Source of the DNA: Winogradskyella sp.
GTDB lineage: Bacteria > Bacteroidota > Bacteroidia > Flavobacteriales > Flavobacteriaceae
Direction: 5' to 3'
NCBI GenBank assembly: GCA_049608525.1
Contig: JBMYXP010000001.1
Location: 30,052-94,051, forward strand
DNA: 64,000 nt
Every line of letters begins with the position of its first letter. Within the stretch, counting starts at the first letter, position 1. The position numbers were made by a program, and so were the translations under genes. This document shows positions 1 to 9,200 of this stretch, in pieces. A model generated the notes under the pieces. It made no database searches and had not been told where the DNA came from. It saw nothing but the letters and a program-made list of their open reading frames with translations.

Positions 1-663
1 TTTCAAAAAACTGTAGCATCGTATAACGAAAATCCTAAACCTGGAGAAATTGTAGCTATTGGTTTTTATGGAGACACCTTCGAAGCATCTTTTGCAATAC
101 ATGGAGGTTGGACACCTTTTGGCCCAGAACGCATCGTTACAAAATCAGACTCTAATGTACTGTATGAGTTAGATAATCTACCTGCATTAGATTTATATAA
201 AAAATACTTAGGCGATAAATCTAAAGAACTACCTGGAGCAGCTCTACTTTACCCACTTAATGTAAAATCTGAAAATGAAGAGCAATCTTTTGTAAGAACA
301 ATTTTAAACATTGATGAAGAAAAAAACACAATGATTTTAGCTGGTGATATTCCAGAAAACTCAAAAGTACAGCTAATGATGACCAATGTAGATCACATAG
401 CAAGCGCATCAGAGTTAGCAGCAAAGCAAGCGTTAGCAAAGCAAAAAAAACAACCGCAATTAGCCTTATTAGTTAGCTGTATAGGTAGAAAACTTGTGCT
501 AGATCAGCGTGTGGAAGAAGAAATCGAAGAAGTGGTCTCAGTAGTTGGCAAAAACACAACCATTTGTGGCTTTTACTCGTATGGAGAAATAGCTCCTTTT
601 AACTTAGAAGTAAACTGTCAATTGCACAACCAAACGATGACAATAACATTAATAAACGAATAA
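1..663 (+). CDS. FIST/NosP-type sensor protein, 5'-truncated by the window edge
   Basis: Frame 1 is open from base 1 (FQKTVASY...GGWTPFGPERIVTKS...LYELD..PALDLY), well upstream of the ORF-track start at 331. FIST_C motifs SCIGR and GFYSYGEIAP are present. Confidence 0.85.
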   Translation, partial: FQKTVASYNENPKPGEIVAIGFYGDTFEASFAIHGGWTPFGPERIVTKSDSNVLYELDNLPALDLYKKYLGDKSKELPGAALLYPLNVKSENEEQSFVRTILNIDEEKNTMILAGDIPENSKVQLMMTNVDHIASASELAAKQALAKQKKQPQLALLVSCIGRKLVLDQRVEEEIEEVVSVVGKNTTICGFYSYGEIAPFNLEVNCQLHNQTMTITLINE

Positions 664-1712
664 TGGGGTCCTTATTAAAACGTCAAATTAGAAAATACCT
701 AAACAAAGACTTAGCAGAAAGTAAAGATTTAGAATTGTTTTTAGATGCCGTTAGTAGATCGTATTCAAATTTTGATGAGCAGTTTGCCATGCAACAACGT
801 GCTATGTCAATTAGTTCAGAAGAATTATTTATTGCTAATGAAAAATTAAAAAAAGAAGCCGCAACGCAAAAAGAAGTAATAGACAAGCTTAAGCATGTCA
901 TCGAAACACTTAAGTTTTACAAACTACCAGAACATCAAAAAACAGATAATATAGATTTAGATGGTTCTAAACTGGTTGACTTTATAGATAATCAAACCAA
1001 AGAAATTGTTAAAATTAATAAACAACGCGAAACGTTATTAAATGATTTAGCGTCTCAAAATCAAGAATTGAGTGACTACGCACACATGGTATCTCACGAT
1101 TTAAAATCGCCTTTACGAAGTATAGATACATTAACAGCTTGGCTAAAAGAAGACTATGAAGAGAAATTTGACGATCAATGTAAAGAGCGCTTAAAACTTA
1201 TTAGAAATAATGTAGAAAAGATGGATAAGCTCATTAATGGCATCTTGGAGTACTCATCAATAAACAAAAATTGCGAAGCAACTTACAATGTCGATCTTAA
1301 TTTATTAGTAGAAGATATTTTAAATACAATATACATTCCAAAACATATTACGGTAACAAAAACTAAAAATTTACCCATAATTAAAGGCGATAAATATAGG
1401 TTACAACAGTTGTTTCAAAACCTTATCGAAAATGCTATTAAGTATAACGATAAAGCTAGAGGTATTATTGAGATTGGTTTTAAATCTCAAAACAGTTTTT
1501 GGCAATTTGCTATAAAAGATAACGGAAAAGGGATTGAATCACAGTATCATGAAAAAATATTTAAAACATTTGAAAAATTAGAAAACAACTCAGATTCGTC
1601 TGGTATTGGATTATCTATTGTAAAGAAAATAGTATTACATTATAAAGGAGAAATAAGCTTAGAATCTCAAGTAAATAAAGGAACAACATTTTATTTCACA
1701 TTAAAAAAATAA
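663..1712 (+). CDS. Cytoplasmic sensor histidine kinase (HisKA + HATPase_c)
   Basis: H-box SHDLKSPL, N-box QNLIENAIKY, G1 DNGKGI, G2 GIGLSIVK. No evident TM segment. Start overlaps the FIST stop (TAATG). Confidence 0.92.
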   Translation: MGSLLKRQIRKYLNKDLAESKDLELFLDAVSRSYSNFDEQFAMQQRAMSISSEELFIANEKLKKEAATQKEVIDKLKHVIETLKFYKLPEHQKTDNIDLDGSKLVDFIDNQTKEIVKINKQRETLLNDLASQNQELSDYAHMVSHDLKSPLRSIDTLTAWLKEDYEEKFDDQCKERLKLIRNNVEKMDKLINGILEYSSINKNCEATYNVDLNLLVEDILNTIYIPKHITVTKTKNLPIIKGDKYRLQQLFQNLIENAIKYNDKARGIIEIGFKSQNSFWQFAIKDNGKGIESQYHEKIFKTFEKLENNSDSSGIGLSIVKKIVLHYKGEISLESQVNKGTTFYFTLKK

Positions 1713-1714
1713 AG

Positions 1715-2032
1715 ATGGAGCAACCCAATATATCTTACATTAATCAATTATCTGATGGTGATAAAGCTTTTAAACAAAAGCTAATTAATATAATAAAATT
1801 AGAGTTTCCTCAAGAAAAAGAAACATATTACAATCATATAAATGCAAAACACTTTAAAGAAGCTGCAGAAGGTGTTCATAAACTTAAACATAAAATTAGT
1901 ATTTTAGGGCTTGAAAAAAGTTATACTGTTGCTATCGATTACGAAAACAATTTAATTGAAAAACGTACAGAAGGTAAAGATGATTTTGAAATCATTTTGC
2001 AAAATATAACTGATTTTTTAAAGACCTTATAA
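1715..2032 (+). CDS. Hpt (histidine phosphotransfer) domain protein
   Basis: 105 aa helical protein with HKLK Hpt-like motif, located between the kinase and the regulator. Confidence 0.75.
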   Translation: MEQPNISYINQLSDGDKAFKQKLINIIKLEFPQEKETYYNHINAKHFKEAAEGVHKLKHKISILGLEKSYTVAIDYENNLIEKRTEGKDDFEIILQNITDFLKTL

Positions 2033-2041
2033 ACGTGTTTT

Positions 2042-2752
2042 ATGAACTGTATTATTATTGATGATGAAACTACAGCACGAGTAATTATTACTCAACTGTG
2101 TTCTAATGTGCCAAACTTAACTATTTTAGAAGAGTTCCCTAATGCAATGCAGGCCATTAAATATTTAAATCAAAATCAGGTAGATTTAATTTTTTTAGAT
2201 ATTCATATGCCAGACTTTACAGGTTTCGATTTTATAGATACCATTAAAAATCCACCAAAAATTATTCTAACCACCTCAGATCCAAATTTTGCGATTCAAG
2301 CTTTTGGTTATGACTGTATTGTAGATTATTTAGTAAAACCTATTACACCAGAGCGTTTTAAAAAAGCAATTCAAAAAGCAGAAGCTATTAAGTCACCAAA
2401 ACCACAAGAAAAAGCATCTGGCCAAGTGGAGACAACTTCTGGTAATGATTTGTATGTAAATATAGATAGACGTTTAATAAAAATAGATATTCCGAGTATC
2501 TATTTAGTTGAAGCTAAAGGAGATTATATCCAAGTAAAAACTGAAGATAAAAACTACACAGTACATTCTACCTTAAAAAAAATTGAAGAAAAATTGCCTA
2601 ACAACTTGTTCTTAAAAGTACACCGTTCTTATATTATTAATGTAGATAAAATTATTGATATTGAAGATAATAGCGTTTTAATTAAAAAAAATGTTATTCC
2701 GGTAAGTCGTTCTAATAGACCAGAATTAATGAAGCGGCTTAATCTACTTTAA
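2042..2752 (+). CDS. LytTR-family response regulator
   Basis: REC domain (IIDD, FLDIHMP, LVKP) plus LytTR domain (FLKVHRSYIIN, IPVSRS). Confidence 0.95.
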   Translation: MNCIIIDDETTARVIITQLCSNVPNLTILEEFPNAMQAIKYLNQNQVDLIFLDIHMPDFTGFDFIDTIKNPPKIILTTSDPNFAIQAFGYDCIVDYLVKPITPERFKKAIQKAEAIKSPKPQEKASGQVETTSGNDLYVNIDRRLIKIDIPSIYLVEAKGDYIQVKTEDKNYTVHSTLKKIEEKLPNNLFLKVHRSYIINVDKIIDIEDNSVLIKKNVIPVSRSNRPELMKRLNLL

Positions 2753-2766
2753 TGCAAAATAAGGTT

Positions 2767-2930
2767 TGTATCATTTAGTTTTAAAATGTTGTATAACTAC
2801 TTTGAATTATTTTTTGTTCAGATGCAATAGCAACCTTACGCATAGCATTTGCAACGGTTCTATTTTATATTGAAATAAAAATGAAAAAAACACCTAGTTA
2901 TAGGCTACATTTTAATGCTATTTTGTTACA
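2767..2930 (+). mobile_element. MITE-like dispersed repeat, copy A (~164 bp)
   Basis: Aligns over its whole length with the reverse complement of 31255-31415. Imperfect terminal inverted repeats. Confidence 0.75.
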
Positions 2931-3053
2931 AAATCCAAGCAAGGTATCTTTTTATTACAACCTCAAAAAAACCATTCATCGACAGTAAATTGTTAGTTAA
3001 CTTCAAACTTTTTATACCAATCGAAAACTAAAAAATAAGGCCCAATAGCAGCT

Positions 3054-3061
3054 TAATTTTG
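3054..3061 (+). promoter_or_regulatory. Bacteroidota -7 promoter element TAATTTTG
   Basis: Matches TAnnTTTG, 28 nt before ATG 3090. Confidence 0.55.
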
Positions 3062-3089
3062 TACCATAATCTAATAATAAAAACAGATA

Positions 3090-5693
3090 ATGGACAATTT
3101 TTACACTTTAAAGAATCAATTATTACTTTTTGCTTTACTACTATTAAATTTTAATAGCCAAGCACAAGATATTCCTTTTAATTGCGATTTTAATGCCTAT
3201 TTATTTCAGCGTAACGACGTGTATGCTATTGATTTAGCTTCAGGTAATTCGTACCAAGTAGCAACAGATATAACACCTGGTAATATAAATGCAGCGGCAT
3301 ACAATCCTGCAGATGGTTTTATTTGGGGTTCTTTGTCATCTCCAGCAAAAACAATTGTAAGAATTGGTAAAGATTTTAGTACAACATCATTTTATATAGA
3401 TGAACTACCAACTAATAATAGATATGTAGGTGATGTAAGCGCACAAGGTGTTTATTACCTTAAAGGTGGAGGAACAACGTATTATAAAATTAACCTCAAT
3501 CCAAGCTCAGCAAATTACACACAACACCAAGCAACTGAGGTTTTATCTCAAAATATTAGTATTCACGATTGGGCTTTTAATGCTGTAGATGGTCAGTTGT
3601 ATGCCGTAGAAAAAAACTCTAATATATTATACCGCATTAATCCGTTAAATGGTGTGGTAACTCCCTTAGGTGAAGTGCCAATTTTAGCAGGAAACAATTA
3701 CACCTATGGCGCAGTTTACTTTGATGTATCGGGTCGTTTTTACGTGTCAGCAAACCAAACAGGTACAATATATGTTATCCAAGCTGTACAAAATGTAAAT
3801 GCTCCTAGTGAGATAGAATCTAATTTATTTGCTTTTGGGCCTTCGAGTTCAAGTAACGATGGTGCCCGTTGCCCAACAGCCCCAGTAACGCAAGAGATTT
3901 GTGACAATGGTATAGATGATGATGGTGATGGCCTTATAGATTGCGAAGATCCTTCGTGCTCTGGTTTTGGTCAATGCGATGTTATTGAGCCACCAACTTC
4001 TGGAGGTAATGATGGCGGTTTGGAGAGTAACAATAGATTGTCTGAGCAGATTAATAAAAGAAACTTTAACAGAGCCAAAACGGGTTATAAATTTAATAGA
4101 AATAACGCACCAAAAATTTTAAAAAAGAGTGGTTACGCACAAAAAAGTAATGATGGTAACTTTACTCTAGAAGATTTTATACCATTACATACTATAGACG
4201 AAACAGAAACCATTAATTCTACACCGTTAGATCTAATAGCAATTACAAACGCTACAGAAGTTTTTGCCGTAGATTACATGAGTAATGATACACCGATAGC
4301 TTCTATATTAGCTTTAAAAACAGAAAACGGTGTGTATGAGCATACCAAATACATTTGCGATCGTTTATTGGGTGCGGAGTTAATCTCTGTAAATACAATA
4401 GATATTAATGGGCATTCGTTTATAAAATCTATTATTAAAAATGTAGATGGCACTTATGAATTTGTATTAAGTCTTTCTGCTAAAGTGATAAATAATGGCG
4501 ATAATTTCTCTATAGAAAGCCACTGGAATTTAGATCAGTACGAAGAAAATGTAACTTTTTATAATTTTCAAATTTGGTCTAATACAATAGATAATTTATA
4601 CCTTTTAGGTGAAGAACTACTAAGCTTATTAGATACAGAAAAACCAATCTCTGAGTACAATAACTCAACACCACCAACAGTATTTGTAAGAAAAGGAAAA
4701 TATATAAACGGCGGATTAGATTTACAAATTATAAATACTAATGCAACAGATAATGTAACGTTAGATGCAGGTTTTAGAACTACAGAAACAAATAGTTTTG
4801 AAAACTTAAACTCTAACATAGATTTAAATGGGCAATACATTACCAATGTAACTGTAAATACAGGAAACTTATTTGATATCGGTTTTAGAATTGGTGATGG
4901 TGTTACCACACCAGACGATTTATTTATGTCTGATGGGTCTTGGGGTATTGATGACTCTCAAGACGGTACAGAGATTAGCTTTTATGATGTAAGCGAAAAT
5001 AGTAATTCGTTTGCTTCAGGAGATTTTCCAATAGAACGTAATATAGATTTAACCGCAACAACCAGCACTTATGTTGCAGCATACAGATCTTTAACACCAA
5101 GATTTAAAGCCGTAGATTTAACAAGCTATAATAGTTTTAATTTAAGCGCAAAAGGTACAGGTAACTTAGAAATTACTTTTGTAAAGCAAAGCGTTACAAA
5201 TTGGGAAGAGCAGATTAAAACAACAATAGCTTTAACAGAAAATACACTACAAAACTTTTCAGTTAATATTGAAGACTTACAAAATAACTTAGGTAATGCA
5301 CCACAATTAAATGATGTGGTAACAATAGTATTTACTATGGTGTCAGAAGATGGTGGTTCAACACCCAAAACTATGATATTAAACAACTTACGTTTTTCGC
5401 AGGCGAGTGCATTATCTGTAAATGAATTTGAAAATGAAACACAGACATTAACAGCATCTCCAAACCCAATGACATCGCAAACAACATTACAGTTTATGTC
5501 TAGCTATAACGAAACTGTACAGTTTGTTGTCTATGACCAATTAGGCAAGCCAGTTTATAATACAACTTATAATGCTTCACCAGGTAAAAACAGCATTACT
5601 TTAAATAGAGAAAATTTAAGCTCGGGCTTATATTTCTGTAAAATTATTAGTAGTCAGTACGAGATTAAACCTCTAAAGCTAATCATTAAATAA
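3090..5693 (+). CDS. T9SS-secreted protein, type A CTD; N-terminal beta-propeller-like (DUF6923-like) region
   Basis: Signal peptide (..SQAQ). Cys/Asp motif EICDNGIDDDGDGLIDCEDPSC. C-terminal SPNP...VYDQLGK...LSSGLYF...KLIIK is typical of the Por secretion tail. Confidence 0.8.
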   Translation: MDNFYTLKNQLLLFALLLLNFNSQAQDIPFNCDFNAYLFQRNDVYAIDLASGNSYQVATDITPGNINAAAYNPADGFIWGSLSSPAKTIVRIGKDFSTTSFYIDELPTNNRYVGDVSAQGVYYLKGGGTTYYKINLNPSSANYTQHQATEVLSQNISIHDWAFNAVDGQLYAVEKNSNILYRINPLNGVVTPLGEVPILAGNNYTYGAVYFDVSGRFYVSANQTGTIYVIQAVQNVNAPSEIESNLFAFGPSSSSNDGARCPTAPVTQEICDNGIDDDGDGLIDCEDPSCSGFGQCDVIEPPTSGGNDGGLESNNRLSEQINKRNFNRAKTGYKFNRNNAPKILKKSGYAQKSNDGNFTLEDFIPLHTIDETETINSTPLDLIAITNATEVFAVDYMSNDTPIASILALKTENGVYEHTKYICDRLLGAELISVNTIDINGHSFIKSIIKNVDGTYEFVLSLSAKVINNGDNFSIESHWNLDQYEENVTFYNFQIWSNTIDNLYLLGEELLSLLDTEKPISEYNNSTPPTVFVRKGKYINGGLDLQIINTNATDNVTLDAGFRTTETNSFENLNSNIDLNGQYITNVTVNTGNLFDIGFRIGDGVTTPDDLFMSDGSWGIDDSQDGTEISFYDVSENSNSFASGDFPIERNIDLTATTSTYVAAYRSLTPRFKAVDLTSYNSFNLSAKGTGNLEITFVKQSVTNWEEQIKTTIALTENTLQNFSVNIEDLQNNLGNAPQLNDVVTIVFTMVSEDGGSTPKTMILNNLRFSQASALSVNEFENETQTLTASPNPMTSQTTLQFMSSYNETVQFVVYDQLGKPVYNTTYNASPGKNSITLNRENLSSGLYFCKIISSQYEIKPLKLIIK

Positions 5694-5716
5694 TAACCTT
5701 TTTAGTATGTTATTTT

Positions 5717-5756
5717 ATATTAAGCAAAAGCGAAATCTTTTGCTTAATGTTTTTTT
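5717..5756 (+). terminator. Intrinsic terminator
   Basis: 12-bp perfect stem ATTAAGCAAAAG/CTTTTGCTTAAT followed by a T-run. Confidence 0.85.
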
Positions 5757-6187
5757 GAACCCTTTAAAACTGAGATCGATTAATATCTAAGTAGATTTTA
5801 ATAATAAAAAAGATAGATTTTGAATCGTTTAGTTGGAGTAATAAAAATAGATGGCAGTTTTATGTAAACAATAAAACCATTAACGAAATTAAACACGTAA
5901 AGTAAAAAGTTAGAGGTTTATAAATTCTTACTTACTTATTCATGTTGTTGCTTTTTTCAAGTTTAGTTTATTTTTTAATCCCTAAGATCAAACTTCATTT
6001 ACAGTTTTAAATAGCGCATACGCTTTTTGTAAATAAATCACATCACAAATTCAGGGTTCATTCAAGCCTTATTTTTTAAAAAACTAATGAAAATCCAAAC
6101 CAATACTAATGAGTTGCCGATTAATCTGTAAGGATTATACAAATAAACTGTAATGACTAGCATTATAGGTTATAGAGCGTAAGTTAA

Positions 6188-6195
6188 TAGGTTTG
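6188..6195 (+). promoter_or_regulatory. -7 promoter element TAGGTTTG
   Basis: Matches TAnnTTTG, upstream of ATG 6231. Confidence 0.45.
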
Positions 6196-6230
6196 TATCA
6201 TAAGTTTTAGGTAATTAAATAATAAAAAAT

Positions 6231-9200
6231 ATGACCACCTTCAAAGCCACTTTTGCCCTAATTATAACAATGATTTGTGGCATTTCTTTTGCACAACAGA
6301 TCACAGTAGATAACACGATATCTGCTCAAAACTTAATTGAGAACACTTTAATACAAGGTTGTGTTGCCGTGTCTAATATTACATCGACAGTTAATGGTTC
6401 TGTAAATGGTATGGGTAGTTTTGGATATTTTGAACAAAACAATTCAGGCTTTCCGTTTCAAAATGGTATAGTACTCACAACGGGCAATGCCAACTCAGCA
6501 GGTAATACAACCAATAACGAAACGTTAAACGAGGGTAATGCCAGCTGGGGAACAGATGCAGATTTAGAAACGGCGCTAGGAATAACAGGTACATTAAATG
6601 CAACAGCCATTGAGTTTAACTTTGTTTCAATATCAAATACATTAGCGTTTAACTATATTTTAGCCTCAGAAGAATATTATGAAAACTTTCCATGTTCTTA
6701 TTCAGATGGTTTTGCGTTTTTAATAAGAGAAGCAGGTACAAGTGATCCTTATGTAAATATTGCGTTAATACCAGGTACATCAATACCCGTAAATACAAAT
6801 ACTATTCATAACGAAATTTATGGATCTTGTGCCGCTGAGAACCAACAATTTTTTGAAGGATATGAAGTTGGTGACACAAATTACAATGGCAGAACAACGG
6901 TACTTACAGCAACCGCAGCGATACAGCCCAATGTGCACTACCAAATTAAGTTGGTTATAGCAGATCAGAGTGATGAAAACTATGATTCAGCCGTTTTTAT
7001 ACAAGGCAACAGTTTTGACTCTACGGTAGATTTAGGACAAGATATAGCTACGTGTGCAGGCGAAATGCTTTTAGATGCAGATATTCAAAACCCACAAGCT
7101 AGTTACTCATGGTACTTAAATAACAGCTTAATAGCTGGTGCTAACCAAGCAAGTTATAACGCTAGTACGTCTGGCAATTATCGTGTTGTTATAGAAATTC
7201 CTTTAGTTGATGACGTTTGTACCATAGAAGATACTGTTGTTATTGCATTAAACGCTACACAAATTTCAAACCCTATTTCAGATTTTGAATTGTGTGATGA
7301 TATAAGTAGCGACGGTGTAGCGCTCTTTGATTTAACCACAAAAGATACTGAAGCTATTGCATCTGTATCATCACCAGGCAATTTTATCGTTTCTTACCAT
7401 TTAACAAGTGCAGATGCTCAAAATAACACCAATGCCATAGCAAGCCCTTATCAAAATACAACAAATGAAGAAACGATATACATTAGAATAGAAGAAACTA
7501 ACAATGGCTGTTTGGCTTATAATGACTTTGCGTTAATTGTAAACCCATTACCTATAATAATAGATCCATCGCCATTAGAGGTTTGTGATGATTATAATGC
7601 AGACAACAGAACCGCTATAGATTTAAGCGTTAAAAATGATGAAATTACAAACGGGCAAGCTAACCTAAACGTTACCTACCATAGTACCGAGGCCGCAGCA
7701 GCAGCAGGGACAAACCCTTTGCCAATACCTTATACAAATACCAATGCTAACGAGCAAATCTTTGTAAGTGTACAAAACGCACTAACTGGCTGTATTACTA
7801 CAACGACTTTAAATATAACGGTACTAGATAACCCAGAGGTAAGTTTAGAGAGACACTTTATAGATGCTTGTGATACAGATTATGATGGCTTTTCAAATTT
7901 CGATTTAACAAGCATTATACCAAGTGTTATCGAAGACTCATCAAATGTTACAATAACGTTCTACGAAACAAATGAAGACGCTATTAGTGGTAGTAATGCA
8001 ATAGCATATCCTGCAAACTATACCAATACTATAGCAAGCGAGCAAATCGTTTATATTAGAGTAGAAAGTGAAACCACATCTTGTGCATCTATAGCACCAA
8101 TAGAAATTTACACAAATATGCTAGCTACAGAAACTACAATAGGTGATCTAGAATTTTGTGATACGGGTAATGACGGTGTAGAAGAAATTTATTTTAGCAC
8201 AGTTCAATCCGCAATAGCTAATGGTATTCCAAATGTTTTTGTAAATTTCTATTCTACAGAAGAAGATAGAAACAATAGTAGTAATGCTATAAATAAATAC
8301 ACACCTTATCAAGCAACAGGAGCATCTTCAGAATATTATATAAGAATAGATAGCCCAACTTGTGTGTACGATTCTACCATAGAAGTCCTACTTATCCCAG
8401 TACAAGAGTTTCAATCTATCGGTAACCAAACGGTTTGTGATTTAGGACTATCTGTGGATTTATCATTTTTTAATAATCTAGTAACTAATGGGTTAGAGGG
8501 TTTTAATGTTAGTTATTTTTTAACAGAAGAAAACGCAAAACAAAACTCTGAAGCATTACCAAACTCTTACACAAATACAACCAATCAATTTACGGTATAT
8601 GCCAGAATACAATCTAGCGGTAATAGCTGTTATGATGTAACGTCGTTTCAAATAACAGTATTAGACGCACCAGAAACAACAAGCCCGTCAAATATAGTAA
8701 TTTGTGATGATGATATAGATGGGTTTTCTACTGTAGATTTAACAACAGTTATACCACAAGTTATTGCAAATACCAACCAACGCGCAGTAACGTTTCATAA
8801 TTCATTACTAAATGCAAACCTCAATACAAATGCTATTACAAATGCAAATGCGTATAGTGCACAAACAGAGAATGTGTATATACGTGTAGAAAATACAGTT
8901 ACAGGATGTTACTCTGTAGAGTCGTTGTCTATAATTGTAAATACGCTTCCGGTTTTTACTGAGATAACCGCTTATCAAGCCTGTGAAGACGATAGTGATG
9001 GTGTTGCCGATTTTATTTTTAGCACAAAAGATGCAGAAGTACTAAACGGGCAAACACTTAAAAATGTACTATATTTTACAAACCAAGCAGATGCAGATAA
9101 TCGTGTTAACGAAATTAATAAAAATGTGGCTTTTCAAAATACATTAAACCCACAACAAATTTTTGTTAGAGTAGAAAATGCAACGGATAATAGCTGTTAT

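Noticed and set aside
5757-6187. ncRNA or small ORF in the long intergenic gap
   Set aside because: Only weak AT-rich hairpins; no recognisable motif or credible ORF.
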